Below are positions 26,351 through 37,914 of a DNA stretch of 53,211 nucleotides, piece after piece. Numbering within the stretch: position 1 is the first letter of the stretch; each line of letters opens with the position of its first letter. The notes beneath the pieces are model-generated. The model was given only the letters and a program-made list of their open reading frames with translations, was not told the origin of the DNA and ran no database searches. Source of the stretch: a virus (Duplodnaviria; Caudoviricetes); the IMG/VR virus record IMGVR_UViG_3300025875_000036, positions 1 through 53,211 of that record; one strand, given 5' to 3'. Position numbers and translations under genes: made by a program.

Positions 26351-29300
26351 ATGGATAAAATAAGTTTTAGTGACCTTTTTGATTTCGGTAATGACGGCGA
26401 ACTAACTAAGGCGGTACAATCACTCGAGGGGTTTGAGCAACAAATCCAGAAGCTGGGGACCGCCTTGCAGATGTTTAGCGACCGGAACGCTAAGGCCATG
26501 TCCGCGATTGTAAACGACTTAACCCGTAGCGAGGCCACCCTCAAAAAACTAAACGTAACAAGTGCCGACACCCAGCAACAGGCTATAAAATTAGCCGGTT
26601 CAGTGGATAAGGAGGTAGCACGTTGGAAAGAGCTGGAGGCCTCGCAAAAAGGTATTATCGCGACCCAGAACTTATTTAACCAAAGTGTCAACGGCTTAAA
26701 AGACCGGTTAAAGGTATTAGCTAAAGAGTTTGACGAGGTAATACAATCGCAAAACCCTGAACGCTGGAAACAGTTAGCCGGTGAGATACAGGATACGCGG
26801 GCCGAGATACAGATGATGACCTCCGCTACTAAGGCCACCCGCCAGGTAGTAGATGCCGCCGCCGGTAGTTATAACGCCCTCGTACAACAAAACACCGCTT
26901 TAACCAAAATATTAAAGTCCTCCACCGGGGGGATGGATAGCAACAGCGAGGCCGCTAAAGAGCTTAAAAAGCAAATATACGACAATACCCAACGGTTAAA
27001 GGAGTTTGACCGGGAGCTGAACCAGAACTTCCGCAACGTCGGTAACTACGCCCAGGGTATCATAGATGCTAAAAACGCCCTCAACCAACAAAAAGCAGCC
27101 TTAACAAGTGCCGTGGCCGCTTTAAACGAGCAAGCGCGGGCAACCGGGCGCTCAGCGGCGGAGCAAGACGAACTCCAAGCCGAGTTACGGCAAACACGGG
27201 CGGCGCTTGACGGGGTAAACAACGAGCTCAAGGCTTACGGGGTCGGGGTAACCGCCGCCGGGGGTATGGGCGAGAAGCTCGCCGGGGGTATAAAACGCAT
27301 GGGCCTTGAGGCCGTCGGGGCTTACGTAGGGTTCCAAGCATTGATTAGCGGGGTAACCGGTATAATAGGAGCCAACGGCGAGATAAGTGATAGCCAAGCA
27401 GATGTTATTAAAACAACCGGCGCAACGGCGGAGGAGGTTGATAAGTTAACCGCATCGTTCGCTAAACTCGACACCCGTACCGCCTTAAAGGATTTGCTGG
27501 ATATTGCAAAGGTAGGGGGTCAGCTCGGTGTTAGTGCCGCCGATGTTGAGGGCTTTACAAATGCAATGGATAAGGCTAACGTCGCCCTGGGTGATGAGTT
27601 TACCGGCGGGGCCGAGGAGATTGCCACAGCACTTGCTAAAATAAATAACGTATTCGGTATAAGTAAAGAGGTCGGTTTAGAGCGCGGGCTGACTAACATC
27701 GGTTCAGCTGTTAACGCCCTCGGTTCGGCGGGTGCCGCTACCGGCCCGTATTTGGCGGACTTTGCCCTCCGCGTCGGTGCCGTTGCTAAAAACATGGGGA
27801 TTAGTTTACCCAACGTTCTCGGCTACGGTGCCGCGTTAGAGGAGCTGGGTGTTAGTGCCGAGGTAGCGGGTACGGCGTTTAAACAAATAGTAACCGCAAT
27901 GGCCGCAAATAGTGAAGGCTTTTTTGATGTTGCAAGGATGGCAGATGCTAACCTAACCCTCAAAGAGTTCACTACTTTAATCAATACCGATGCAAACGCC
28001 GCTTTCCAAAAGTTTATCAAGGGGGCTAACGCCGGGGGTAAAGAGACGACAGCATTCGCATCAATCCTCGCAGAACTCAAGCTAAAAGGCGGGGGCGCTA
28101 ATACCGTTTTAACCTCGTTAGCAAAGGAAACGGACTTAGTGGCTAAACGGCAAAAGTTAGCCGCCGAGGAGATGATAAAGGGCACCAGCCTCACGGCTGA
28201 GTTTAACGTTAAGAACGAGAACCTCGCCGCCGGGCTTGCTAAATTAAAAAACAGCATAGTAAACACGTTCACGGGACAGGAGGTACAAAACTTCTTAAAG
28301 CAGGGGGTAAAAGGTTTAATCGACTTTATCGCCGTGACTAAGGAGGTAATAAGCGCCCTATATGAGAACCGTAACATTATCGGCCTCGTCCTCCTTGTAT
28401 TTGCCGCTTACCGGGTGCAACTATTGGCAACATCGGCGGCGGAAAAAGGCTGGGCTATAACGTTAGGCATTACCCGCCTGGGTATATTGCAACGCATAGC
28501 GGCAATGGCGGCGACAGTGCCCGCCCTATTAGGCCAGAAGGCCGCTATTATTGCAACGAGTGTGGCCGAGCGGGGCTGGGCGGCAACCATGACAATCTCG
28601 CGGGTTGCTATATTGCGTAATATAGTAGCCATGCGGGCCTGGGCGGCATCGTTTTTGATTAGTAACCCGGTAGGTATTGCCATTGTGGCCATAGCGGCCC
28701 TCGTTATAGGTTATAATAAGTTAAGCGAATCAAGTGAGCGCAACATCGGCGTCCAGGATAAGCTAAACAAGATACACGGGCAAAGTGAGTTCGCGATTGT
28801 AAAGGTAGGGCTGGCCCAGGGCAAAATAAATAAACAGGTTAACGACTACCTTAATTTAAGCCCTAAACAACAAGCCGCCCTCCGCGAGGAGATTGCGAAC
28901 CAAAAGAAGTTAGCAGAAGTCACCCTGAACCGTTTAGAGGCCCAGCGGATAGCAGCCGTACAACAAGCGAGCGAGGTTAACTACTATGACAAGCTGGCGG
29001 CAAACGTTAGGAGCTTTGTCAATGTTAGTGAGTACGCCTCGGAGTTAAGTATAGCACAATCAAACCGGATGAAGGCGGCATCGGCACAAAGCGCGGCGGA
29101 TATTAAAAAGCTACGCGATGCCATAAGCGGTTTTGATAAAGAACTGGAAACGATTAATAATAAGCAAACACAATCGGACGAGGAGAAACGGGCAACCGAT
29201 GAGGCTAATGCCGCCGCCGAGGCTGATAGACGCAAAAAGCGCTCGCTCGCCTTGTTGGAGTTGCAAAAGTTCAGGATAGAGCAGCAAGCCCTCGCCCTGG

Positions 29301-30574
29301 AGGAGTTTGTAGCCAACACCCAGGAGCAAAACGCGGTTTATACTAAGCAGTTCGAGGAGGGTAAAATTACCGCCGAGATGTTGCGGGATAAGATAGGCGA
29401 CACGGGGCTGGAGATACTAAACGCCCAACGGGAGGCATCGCTGGCCCGCATACGCATCGCCGGGGTTGAGCGGAATATATTACTAAGTAACGAGGAGCTA
29501 ATAGGCGAGGAGCGGACTAAGATAATTGAGGAGTACGGGGCAAAGGTTAGCGCAATACAAAAAAAGCTGGCTAAGGATTTAAATATCGAGGAGCTTGTAC
29601 CTACTTTACCCTCCGTAGACGTTGACGAGGTAACTAAAATTGAGGACGACGCCGTTGCCGCCTCGGTTAAACGTATGGCCGACTTCACGGCAAAGTATAA
29701 GGAGAACGAGGAGGCCCGTACTAAGTTATTAAAAGAGGAAGAGGAAAAACGTAAAGCTATACGGGAGGCGGGTTTAGCCTTTGCGGGCGAGGCGATTAAC
29801 GGGTTCTTTGAGTTGGGTGCCGTGTTTAACGAGCGCAACTTACAGGAGCTGGAGGTGCAAAAAGAAAAGGAGACCGCGTTAGCGGGGGACAACGAGGAGG
29901 CCAAAGCTAAAATCGCTGAGGATTACGATAAACGTATGGCCGCTTTAAGGGTTAAGCAAGCCAAAGCCGACAAGGTTGCCGCATTGTTTAATATTGCCTT
30001 AAATACGGGTATTGCCATAACTAAAGCCATAGCCGCCACGCCTATAACGTTCGGTTTACCGTTTAGTGCCTTTGCTTTGGCCCAGGGTGCCATACAAGCC
30101 GCCATAGTGCTTGCTAAACCGTTGCCGACTTATTACAAGGGGCGTAAAGGCGGGGCGGCGGAGTTTGCTATCACCAACGAGCTCGGGCCTGAGTTAAGGG
30201 AGCACCGGGGCAAATACTACCTCGACCCCCGGCCCGGCCCACAGCTGACTTACCTTGAGCAAGGCGAGAAGGTTTACACCAACGTAGAGACCGAGCGTAT
30301 GCTTAACAACATCGTCGAGGGGGATACAAATGTTAAGCACGTTACGAACTTGAGCAATAGTACGGCGGTTATCAGTAAGCAACTAAACCCGGCACCGCAA
30401 AGCAACGGAGCGGAGATGTTGGCAAAACGGTTTACCCAGCAAATCGGGCGGCTCGAGCAGGTTATCAAAAACAAAAAGGAGACCCACCTCGAGATTAATA
30501 AAAACGGGCTTGAGATTTATGTTACCGAGAGGAACAACAAAACGGAGTACATCAACAAACGATATCGCGGCTAA
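26351..30574 (+). CDS. Tail tape measure protein
   Basis: 1407 aa, Ala-rich and helical, with a TP901/PhageMin_Tail-like core, RNVGNY and NPVGIAIVAIAAL motifs. Confidence 0.95.
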   Translation: MDKISFSDLFDFGNDGELTKAVQSLEGFEQQIQKLGTALQMFSDRNAKAMSAIVNDLTRSEATLKKLNVTSADTQQQAIKLAGSVDKEVARWKELEASQKGIIATQNLFNQSVNGLKDRLKVLAKEFDEVIQSQNPERWKQLAGEIQDTRAEIQMMTSATKATRQVVDAAAGSYNALVQQNTALTKILKSSTGGMDSNSEAAKELKKQIYDNTQRLKEFDRELNQNFRNVGNYAQGIIDAKNALNQQKAALTSAVAALNEQARATGRSAAEQDELQAELRQTRAALDGVNNELKAYGVGVTAAGGMGEKLAGGIKRMGLEAVGAYVGFQALISGVTGIIGANGEISDSQADVIKTTGATAEEVDKLTASFAKLDTRTALKDLLDIAKVGGQLGVSAADVEGFTNAMDKANVALGDEFTGGAEEIATALAKINNVFGISKEVGLERGLTNIGSAVNALGSAGAATGPYLADFALRVGAVAKNMGISLPNVLGYGAALEELGVSAEVAGTAFKQIVTAMAANSEGFFDVARMADANLTLKEFTTLINTDANAAFQKFIKGANAGGKETTAFASILAELKLKGGGANTVLTSLAKETDLVAKRQKLAAEEMIKGTSLTAEFNVKNENLAAGLAKLKNSIVNTFTGQEVQNFLKQGVKGLIDFIAVTKEVISALYENRNIIGLVLLVFAAYRVQLLATSAAEKGWAITLGITRLGILQRIAAMAATVPALLGQKAAIIATSVAERGWAATMTISRVAILRNIVAMRAWAASFLISNPVGIAIVAIAALVIGYNKLSESSERNIGVQDKLNKIHGQSEFAIVKVGLAQGKINKQVNDYLNLSPKQQAALREEIANQKKLAEVTLNRLEAQRIAAVQQASEVNYYDKLAANVRSFVNVSEYASELSIAQSNRMKAASAQSAADIKKLRDAISGFDKELETINNKQTQSDEEKRATDEANAAAEADRRKKRSLALLELQKFRIEQQALALEEFVANTQEQNAVYTKQFEEGKITAEMLRDKIGDTGLEILNAQREASLARIRIAGVERNILLSNEELIGEERTKIIEEYGAKVSAIQKKLAKDLNIEELVPTLPSVDVDEVTKIEDDAVAASVKRMADFTAKYKENEEARTKLLKEEEEKRKAIREAGLAFAGEAINGFFELGAVFNERNLQELEVQKEKETALAGDNEEAKAKIAEDYDKRMAALRVKQAKADKVAALFNIALNTGIAITKAIAATPITFGLPFSAFALAQGAIQAAIVLAKPLPTYYKGRKGGAAEFAITNELGPELREHRGKYYLDPRPGPQLTYLEQGEKVYTNVETERMLNNIVEGDTNVKHVTNLSNSTAVISKQLNPAPQSNGAEMLAKRFTQQIGRLEQVIKNKKETHLEINKNGLEIYVTERNNKTEYINKRYRG

Positions 30575-32673
30575 TGTATAGGTATACACTATTAAATAAA
30601 AAGCGGGGCCGGTATGTTTTAAAGCACGACCCTATCGGTTGGGACTCAACCCGGTACAACCTTAAACGCTCAGAGCGATACCACGGCATAGTGGCCGAGT
30701 ATAGCGCCGACCTTAGTTTCATAAAAGACGGGCGCGACTACATCCAGGGGGTGTACGAGGACGAGGGGCCGGAGGGCGTAATAGGCATTATTGTTGAGGA
30801 CCAGAATTTGGATATGCGCTGGGAGCGGGAGTTTAGCGGGGTGTTAAACCTCGATAACTACGACATCGATGACGTCAAGGTAACAACCAACATCGAGCAA
30901 GACGGCTTCACCCAACGGTTCCTCAGCGGCGAGGACTTAGAGATAAACTTACAAAAGTTAACCACCCCCCAGGGCGATGCGATGCAACCATTTGCCCAGG
31001 AGACAATCGGGCTTACCCTACATAGTAAGGTAATCAGCCGGGGGTATTACGCAAAGGTAATGGAGGGGCAACACGAGGTCGAGAGCGATTTAGTTGACAA
31101 CAGCAACAAGCGGGATTCAACTGTTGTAATCGGTTTTAGTGATGTAATACAAAACGACATGGAGGCTTATACTTACCCGCTCGGCTGGTCGCCGGACGGT
31201 AACGTGTTCCCCTTGTTCCCCCGTGCAACCGAGACGGGGCCGCTTGAGTTAACTATCCGGCTAAAAGCTACTATCCGGATGAACCTAATACAAGGCGACT
31301 TCGATAAAGTAGAGATTGACTTTTTATACCGGGTAAACAACCGCCCGCCCGTTTATTTATCAAGGTACAAAACCGGTGAGGCCCACGGCGATATAGTAAA
31401 GGAGGTATATTTTGATTTTTACACCCTTGAGGATATACAGGAGGGCGACCAGATTTACGTTTGGGGCCGGGTTTACGGGGGCGATACGGCTGGGGCTTAC
31501 CGGTGGAGGAACAAGATAACAATCGACACGGCTAACACCTTCATAAAAGTAGCAGCGCAAACGCAAACAAGGCCCACGGAGAGCAGGGGTATGCTCGCCC
31601 ATGAGGTAGGTGCCCGCCTCGTCCAGGCTATAACCGGGGAGCAAGACGGCTTTTATAGCGAGTTTTTAGGGCGCACGGATAGCCAGCCCAGGCAATATGC
31701 AACGGACGGCCCCGGTAGCATGTTATTTTTTGCCAACGGGTTCCAGATACGTAACTTCCCGTATAATGAGCGGCCCGTAACAATGACGTATAAAAAATGG
31801 TACGAGGGCACGGATGCGATATACGGTTTAGGCACCGGGATAGAAATTATCGAGGGCAAAGAGCGGGTCAGGGTTGAGCACCGCTCGCACTTTTACCAAA
31901 AAGTAGTTGTGGCCTCCCTGGGTAAAGTAACCGGCCTCCGTAAACGGTTCGCTAACCAGTACGCGTATAACCAGGCGGAGTTCGGGTATACTAAATGGCA
32001 AACCGGTTCCGATAACGGGCTTGACGAGTTCAACACTAAACGGGCTTACGCCACACCGCTAACCCATACAAAAAAGAAATATAGCGCGATAAGCAACTTT
32101 ATCGCCTCCGGTTATAGTATCGAGACGGCCCGGCGCGAGCAATACACCCTGGCCGCTAACAAGGACAATACGAACGACGACGAGATTTACGTGATTTGTG
32201 TTTTGCGCGAGGGCGGTGCCTTTGTAACGGAGCGGGACCAGTTGTTTGCCGAGTTGTACGGGGTAATATCACCCGAGACGGTTTATAACGCCCGCATAAG
32301 CCCGGCTCGTATGGTTAAAAACCACAGCGGCATATTAAAGGCGGGTTTATTGCACCAGTTAGATAAATACATTAAATTTACCACAGGCGAGGCGAACTAC
32401 ACAATGGCCTCCCGGCTTTTTAACGAATCGATAATAGTTGCGGAGGATGCCGACTTTTTAATCGCCCAATTACCCGACCCGTTATTTATGCCGGAGGAGT
32501 ATAAGTTTACCGCCGCCGTAGACCGCCACACTTTGAAACTACTCAGGGCAAACCCCTACGGGTTGATTGAGTTCCAGGATACGTTCGGCAACTTAAAGCA
32601 CGGGCACCTCCTTGAGGCAAATTGTAGTACAATGGAAAGCAGCGAGTTCACACTTTTAAGGAGATTTGAGTAA
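30574..32673 (+). CDS. Tail tip / baseplate hub protein
   Basis: 699 aa directly after TMP; P.GW..., GY.KW...GLDEFN, YN.RISP.R motifs. Confidence 0.75.
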   Translation: MYRYTLLNKKRGRYVLKHDPIGWDSTRYNLKRSERYHGIVAEYSADLSFIKDGRDYIQGVYEDEGPEGVIGIIVEDQNLDMRWEREFSGVLNLDNYDIDDVKVTTNIEQDGFTQRFLSGEDLEINLQKLTTPQGDAMQPFAQETIGLTLHSKVISRGYYAKVMEGQHEVESDLVDNSNKRDSTVVIGFSDVIQNDMEAYTYPLGWSPDGNVFPLFPRATETGPLELTIRLKATIRMNLIQGDFDKVEIDFLYRVNNRPPVYLSRYKTGEAHGDIVKEVYFDFYTLEDIQEGDQIYVWGRVYGGDTAGAYRWRNKITIDTANTFIKVAAQTQTRPTESRGMLAHEVGARLVQAITGEQDGFYSEFLGRTDSQPRQYATDGPGSMLFFANGFQIRNFPYNERPVTMTYKKWYEGTDAIYGLGTGIEIIEGKERVRVEHRSHFYQKVVVASLGKVTGLRKRFANQYAYNQAEFGYTKWQTGSDNGLDEFNTKRAYATPLTHTKKKYSAISNFIASGYSIETARREQYTLAANKDNTNDDEIYVICVLREGGAFVTERDQLFAELYGVISPETVYNARISPARMVKNHSGILKAGLLHQLDKYIKFTTGEANYTMASRLFNESIIVAEDADFLIAQLPDPLFMPEEYKFTAAVDRHTLKLLRANPYGLIEFQDTFGNLKHGHLLEANCSTMESSEFTLLRRFE

Positions 32674-34472
32674 TGCCATCGATAACCGCGATAAAATTAT
32701 TAGTGACTTTGAGCTGTCAGGACGACGGGTTCAACCAAGTCCATTTTGATGTTATCGACGGTGATTTAGTAGACCCCGAGAACCCTACGTATTACAGTCA
32801 CGTCCTGGATGTTGACGGGGCTTTGCATTTCGGCCCCTACGGCCCGCAAATTGACTGGACTTTTTATAACATCAATAACGGCGAGTATACCTGCTGGGTT
32901 GAGGATAACAAGGGGCGCAAAAGTAACACCGTTATCCGGTACGGCTCTTGTCGCTCGGTTGAGCCGCCGCCGGTTTGCGATGTTGTTTTTAACCCCGCCC
33001 CGCCCGCCGCAATGGAGCCGGGTGATATTTTTTTAAATGCTACTACAAGCGCCGACGGTTTACAGATAAGGATTAGCCCGAGCGGAACGCCAGGCACTAA
33101 TTGGCAAAACGCCCCCTCGGGCGTATCGGTAAATTACTCGGTAAGCCCCGGCTCGTACACTATACAGGCACGGGACGGGCGCGGGTGTTTAACGCCGGTG
33201 TATACTTTACAGGTAGCCACCCAAGCGATTATGGGTTGTACCGACCCCACGGCGCTAAACTACGACCCGAACGCCACAAGCGATGACGGAACGTGCGAGT
33301 ACAAGCCCGGCGAGGTTTGGGTGTACTACGACATCCCGATGATGAATAGTTTGCGCTTTACCCAGCCCGCTTACCCCGACGGGTTGTATAGCTTTGCCAC
33401 ACAAGACAATACCCCAGAGTGCGAGTACAAGCTACGCGGCGAGGTTAAGATACCGTATTTGCAAAAAGTTATAAACGCCGATATTATTAACATCCAGATT
33501 TTGAGCAACCTACCGGAACACCGGGCGGAGGTGTTTGATTTGGAGGGCAACTTACTCGGCACCATGCCGGTTAAAAAGGTATTAAGCAACACGGATAAAA
33601 GTAGTTTGTTTACAACCTTTATCCGCAAACATAACGAGACCCAGACCCGGGTCTACTTTGATGAAAGTTTATTTAACTTTAACGTCGAGCCGTCGCAAAT
33701 CCTTGAGCTAAGGAACGCGGGTGCCTATAACGGGCGGTATACGATGCAGGGGATTGACCAGGAAACACCGGGGAGCAGCCCGTTCTTTATTATTAACCGG
33801 GCCTTTACCGGGCCGGGAGAGACGTTAGGGGTTACCGTTTTTGCTGAGTACAATGTTGCCCCGTTTGATGTTTATGAGGCCACCTTTACTTTTAGCGGTA
33901 TACCCGCCGGTACTTGCTACGCAAAAATCACCGGCATAAGAGGGGGTTTTGAGTTCCCGGCATTTAGTGAGCCGATTGATGTACAATTTGAACACCCCGG
34001 CGCTTATTACATTAGATACCGTAACAACGACCCGTGGTGCGATTTATATTATACAACCGGTTTAGTCCACATGTTGAGGGTCGACGGCAACTTATGGCAC
34101 CATGAGCCTGGTATTGATAAAAAGGTACACCGGAATAGTAACGGCTCAATCGTAAACATGTACTCTCAGGTCCGCCGCGTATTAACTTTTAATACCTATT
34201 TGTTACCCTCGTGGCTCCATGAAAAATTAGCCGTTGTTTTTGCGTATGATTATATTTATATTAACGGCGTAGAGTACCAAACCGAGGATGCTTACAAACC
34301 GGAGTACAACCCCCGGCACAACCTCAGCAACGGGGTAATAAATATTGAGCAAGTTAAATTCTTTAATAACACTAACAACGGCCATGACGCGGGCAACCCA
34401 GGCAACGTTGACACCGATACCGAGGGCGGATTCATAATTGTAGGAGACGACGGAGGTTTATTAAAATATTAA
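32673..34472 (+). CDS. Tail tip protein with Ig-like inserts and a [21 protein letters not shown] motif
   Basis: 599 aa; beta-rich repeats ([14 protein letters not shown]); coupled by TAATG. Confidence 0.7.
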   Translation: MPSITAIKLLVTLSCQDDGFNQVHFDVIDGDLVDPENPTYYSHVLDVDGALHFGPYGPQIDWTFYNINNGEYTCWVEDNKGRKSNTVIRYGSCRSVEPPPVCDVVFNPAPPAAMEPGDIFLNATTSADGLQIRISPSGTPGTNWQNAPSGVSVNYSVSPGSYTIQARDGRGCLTPVYTLQVATQAIMGCTDPTALNYDPNATSDDGTCEYKPGEVWVYYDIPMMNSLRFTQPAYPDGLYSFATQDNTPECEYKLRGEVKIPYLQKVINADIINIQILSNLPEHRAEVFDLEGNLLGTMPVKKVLSNTDKSSLFTTFIRKHNETQTRVYFDESLFNFNVEPSQILELRNAGAYNGRYTMQGIDQETPGSSPFFIINRAFTGPGETLGVTVFAEYNVAPFDVYEATFTFSGIPAGTCYAKITGIRGGFEFPAFSEPIDVQFEHPGAYYIRYRNNDPWCDLYYTTGLVHMLRVDGNLWHHEPGIDKKVHRNSNGSIVNMYSQVRRVLTFNTYLLPSWLHEKLAVVFAYDYIYINGVEYQTEDAYKPEYNPRHNLSNGVINIEQVKFFNNTNNGHDAGNPGNVDTDTEGGFIIVGDDGGLLKY

Positions 34473-34473
34473 T

Positions 34474-35820
34474 ATGGCGGATAATTTAAGAATCAAACAG
34501 TTGCCCCTAAAGGGGACGCTGATAAACGGCAACCAATTTGTGGTGTACGACCCGGCAACCGATAAAACTTATCGGGTGGATTGGGCGTCCATGAACCGGA
34601 CAGCTGTAGGTATACAAGGCCCGCCGGGTATACAAGGCCCGCCCGGTGTTCCCGGCGCTCCCGGTGCCGCCTCAACCGTTCCCGGCCCTCCCGGCCCTCC
34701 CGGCCCCAACGGTGAACCCGGCCCTACCGGTTTAAACCTTTTTGAGTGGTGGCAGGAGCAAAACCCCGAGGGCACTATTGATGATTTTATTGAGTATTTT
34801 CGGGGATTACCAGGATTACAAGGCCCGCCCGGTGAAAACGCGGCAGTATATGAAGTAGTAGATGAACTGCCTAATACAACCGCACTGCCCCGTGGCCCAA
34901 GTTCGGCTAAAAATGCTTATACCATTAAAAATCCAGACACCCAAGCGGATCATATTTGGGGTTGGCTACCAGGCGCGGCAGACTGGAAAGATTATGGCCC
35001 TATCGCTGGTATTCCTGGCCCGGCTGGCCCGCAGGGTGAAACGGGGTCGCAAGGGGAGATTGGCCCTGCTGGCCCGCAAGGCCCAGCAGGGGATGGTGGA
35101 CTTTCCAATATAAGCGATTTGATTACACCCGGTTATAGTATGGATTTTGACGGTGATGGAACACCAGAAAGCCCGTATGTGGTGAATTGGGTTAACACCG
35201 TTAAGGCTGTTTTGCTTACGGCTGAACAGTATGACGTTGGTATTGGGTTAAATGTAATGCTACATGCCGACATATCAGAAACCGAGGTTATACGAGTTGA
35301 CCTATTTGAGGGTGATAATTTTTTGGCATCTCAAGTTGCCGACCCTATTCGATATGAAGTACTAAACCCCACACCGGGAACCCATTTTTACCATGCCATA
35401 ATTTATTACGAGGACGGTACAACCGGAATTTCGGATGTTTTACCGGTTTTCGTACGGGGTACAATACCGCCGCCGCCAACGGCAACGGACTGGAGCCACA
35501 AGGCGGATAAAATAATTAGTATTATTAGCCTTAACGAAGCCGGAAGTTTAAAACCTGAACACCATACAGCTTGGCTTTGCTTGGATATTACAACAATAAA
35601 TAGTTTTAATTTTCCTACCGATGCACAAGAACCTAATATTTTAGTTGGTTATCATGGGATAATTCAACAAAGGGCGGGAGGGTTAACTACTTTTACTAAA
35701 ACAAGCGGGGTTATTATTGATAATTTAGGTAATAAATTAATTTCAGCGGGGCAAGGTGCTGTTTTCGGTTGGGTCAAAACCGGCCCTAATCGCTATACTC
35801 TAAACGGCGAGTTAGTATGA
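34474..35820 (+). CDS. Collagen-like tail fibre with Ig-like domain
   Basis: Three Gly-X-Y tracts (e.g. [13 protein letters not shown]), GDGTPESPY and a Big-type domain. Confidence 0.85.
   Translation: MADNLRIKQLPLKGTLINGNQFVVYDPATDKTYRVDWASMNRTAVGIQGPPGIQGPPGVPGAPGAASTVPGPPGPPGPNGEPGPTGLNLFEWWQEQNPEGTIDDFIEYFRGLPGLQGPPGENAAVYEVVDELPNTTALPRGPSSAKNAYTIKNPDTQADHIWGWLPGAADWKDYGPIAGIPGPAGPQGETGSQGEIGPAGPQGPAGDGGLSNISDLITPGYSMDFDGDGTPESPYVVNWVNTVKAVLLTAEQYDVGIGLNVMLHADISETEVIRVDLFEGDNFLASQVADPIRYEVLNPTPGTHFYHAIIYYEDGTTGISDVLPVFVRGTIPPPPTATDWSHKADKIISIISLNEAGSLKPEHHTAWLCLDITTINSFNFPTDAQEPNILVGYHGIIQQRAGGLTTFTKTSGVIIDNLGNKLISAGQGAVFGWVKTGPNRYTLNGELV
34609..34644 (+). repeat. 18-bp tandem repeat in the collagen tract
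   Basis: GGTATACAAGGCCCGCC(G/C) twice. Confidence 0.8.
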
Positions 35821-36626
35821 TAAACCCACACCATAGTATTAGCAACAGGGTAGCGTTGGCCGCAAAGCCGAATATAAATACAAAGCACTTACGCTTTACC
35901 GGGCAGGGCGCAACTACAATGCCGGGGGTTATACCGGTGGGGCAAGCCTTAATTATTCATTTTCATCAATATTTAACTACTGCCGAAGCCAATGCAATGG
36001 TAAGCCCGGTAGCTGGACTTTTTAGCTACGGACAAAATCAGGAGGATAGGTGCCAGTGCTATCCTTATATTAACAATCAGATTTATTTCCAATACGGGGA
36101 TTACCGAAATGATAATGTTGTAAATCCTAATGTTAGCGCGGTTTATACGTCTTACCTGGACAAATGGACACACGTTGCTTTTGTAGCAGACGATAATTAC
36201 CGGGCGGTTTATTTAGACGGGGTACTAAAAGGGGAGATAACCAGCGGAGCGCCTTATCCATTGCGGGATGTAGGAAACGTTAATACTACGCAAATGATAA
36301 ACTCATTTGGTACCTACTTTCCAAATCAACCATTCTACCGGGGCGCAATTGATGAATATCAGGTTTGGTTTTTTGCTGCCGGACAAGCCAGAGCCAACGC
36401 ACAGGCGCATATCTTAGCTAATATAAAACGGCAAATATTAGAGCCGGAAACGGGCTTATATTTTTGTTCTAATTTTTCTACCGTTTTAGAAATTATTGAC
36501 GGGCTTTATCGGATGCCTAATAGTGCTGTAATAGGAAACGAATACGAAAAAGCGCAAGGTGGCATGGACTTTAGAACCCCACAAATGCAATTAGAAAACT
36601 CATCCTTAATACTTAACGCAAACTAA
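35817..36626 (+). CDS. LamG/concanavalin A-like receptor-binding protein
   Basis: WTHVAFV...VYLDG...[12 protein letters not shown]...I...E.GL motif. Confidence 0.8.
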   Translation: MINPHHSISNRVALAAKPNINTKHLRFTGQGATTMPGVIPVGQALIIHFHQYLTTAEANAMVSPVAGLFSYGQNQEDRCQCYPYINNQIYFQYGDYRNDNVVNPNVSAVYTSYLDKWTHVAFVADDNYRAVYLDGVLKGEITSGAPYPLRDVGNVNTTQMINSFGTYFPNQPFYRGAIDEYQVWFFAAGQARANAQAHILANIKRQILEPETGLYFCSNFSTVLEIIDGLYRMPNSAVIGNEYEKAQGGMDFRTPQMQLENSSLILNAN

Positions 36627-36627
36627 A

Positions 36628-36786
36628 ATGGAAGCAATTATAGTAGGGCAATGGAAACATATTAACATGGTTTCAAGCGCAGAAGAAAGCAAGGTTTATA
36701 TAAATAATAAGCCGGTTGTATCTAAAAAAGGCCGAGCTTCTGGTATGGAAATTATTTGTAATAAAGTTAAACTCCTTAATCCTTAA
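36628..36786 (+). CDS. 52-aa ORF resembling a LamG fragment (not in the ORF track)
   Basis: MEAIIVGQWKHINMVSSAEESKVYINNK... Confidence 0.5.
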   Translation: MEAIIVGQWKHINMVSSAEESKVYINNKPVVSKKGRASGMEIICNKVKLLNP

Positions 36787-36789
36787 CCC

Positions 36790-37323
36790 ATGATAAATAC
36801 TTATCCTGAAATACGCGGCGGCGAAAACTACCTTTTTACGGTAGGCAAAGATTTAGCAGCCGGGAAAACAAACAATTTTTTTATTAAACCAAACGAAGTA
36901 GATGTTTTAACCGGCCAAAAATATAAGTATTACCCAGTAAAACTAACCGTTGGCTTTGATGAAATTAATTGCGATGGTAACGTAACCTCTATTGATACCG
37001 AATGGTGGCGGGTTTTGATTGCCGTTAACGGAAGCCCAATATTAAAAACGGCTGAAAAGTGGGGTAATGTTATAACTAGCAAATTAGACATATTCTATTT
37101 TATTGCAGGTTTAGGGGATGCTATTCAATGGAGTATGGTAAACGGCACTATAAGGGATTTATTAGGGTTTAATAAATTACCTTTGTTTGCTACTACGCCT
37201 ATAAAAGATAGTACGGGTACTATAATTGTTCCTGCTGGTGGCGTAATACCTTACACCGAAGAACAGCAAAACGAGCCTCCTACTTTTGATTATAATAAAC
37301 AAGATTTAGTCAAAGTGCCATGA
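36790..37323 (+). CDS. Hypothetical tail-associated protein
   Basis: 177 aa in the fibre cassette. Confidence 0.65.
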   Translation: MINTYPEIRGGENYLFTVGKDLAAGKTNNFFIKPNEVDVLTGQKYKYYPVKLTVGFDEINCDGNVTSIDTEWWRVLIAVNGSPILKTAEKWGNVITSKLDIFYFIAGLGDAIQWSMVNGTIRDLLGFNKLPLFATTPIKDSTGTIIVPAGGVIPYTEEQQNEPPTFDYNKQDLVKVP

Positions 37324-37829
37324 AAGTAAAAATACGACCCCTGCTTATTCATAATCCTTTTCAAAGAAAGGAAAAACTTACCTACTTTTCAAAAGCAATT
37401 AGAATTGCCACGGGCAGTCGGTGGAACCATATCGCGATTGTTATTATACTCCCAAATGGCGATGAATGGGTAATTGAGAGCGTGGGCCGGGGAGTAATTT
37501 ATACCCGGTATGAAGAATGGAGGTTGAAAGGGCCAAGAACGGTTAAACCATTAAACTTGCCGGGGCGCGAATTTGACTTGGCAACCATTGAAGCATTAAT
37601 AGGGTTGCCATACGGACGGTGGGATATAGCCCGTATTGCATGGCATCTACTTTTAACCCGCGGCTTTAAATTAGACCGAGAGTGGAAACCATTGAAATAC
37701 AAAAAATACGGCTTGGTTTGTACTGAGGTTCTTAGTTTGATATTAGAAGATGACCCTGGGCTTTTTAAAGTACCGGCGGATTTTGAGTTTGACCCAAGAT
37801 TTGCGCCTGGCCCGGAATTTAATACTTAA
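37320..37829 (+). CDS. Permuted papain-like NlpC/P60 (YiiX/YebB-like) amidase
   Basis: His precedes Cys: SRWNHIAI...VIES...GV...GLPY..D...LVCTE. Confidence 0.8.
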   Translation: MKVKIRPLLIHNPFQRKEKLTYFSKAIRIATGSRWNHIAIVIILPNGDEWVIESVGRGVIYTRYEEWRLKGPRTVKPLNLPGREFDLATIEALIGLPYGRWDIARIAWHLLLTRGFKLDREWKPLKYKKYGLVCTEVLSLILEDDPGLFKVPADFEFDPRFAPGPEFNT

Positions 37830-37914
37830 TTAAGTTGGTGTGTTATATTATTTAGTTTTTTGCTTTATATCGTTTAAATTGCGTAATAAATAAAAAATTC
37901 AAATTACCCGGTTT

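Noticed and set aside
5255-37890. Distinct late-promoter motif (TAnATTTA / TAnATTG variants near 5271, 11338, 12856, 18580, 22104, 37875)
   Set aside because: Plausible, but too short and AT-rich to separate from chance without TSS data.
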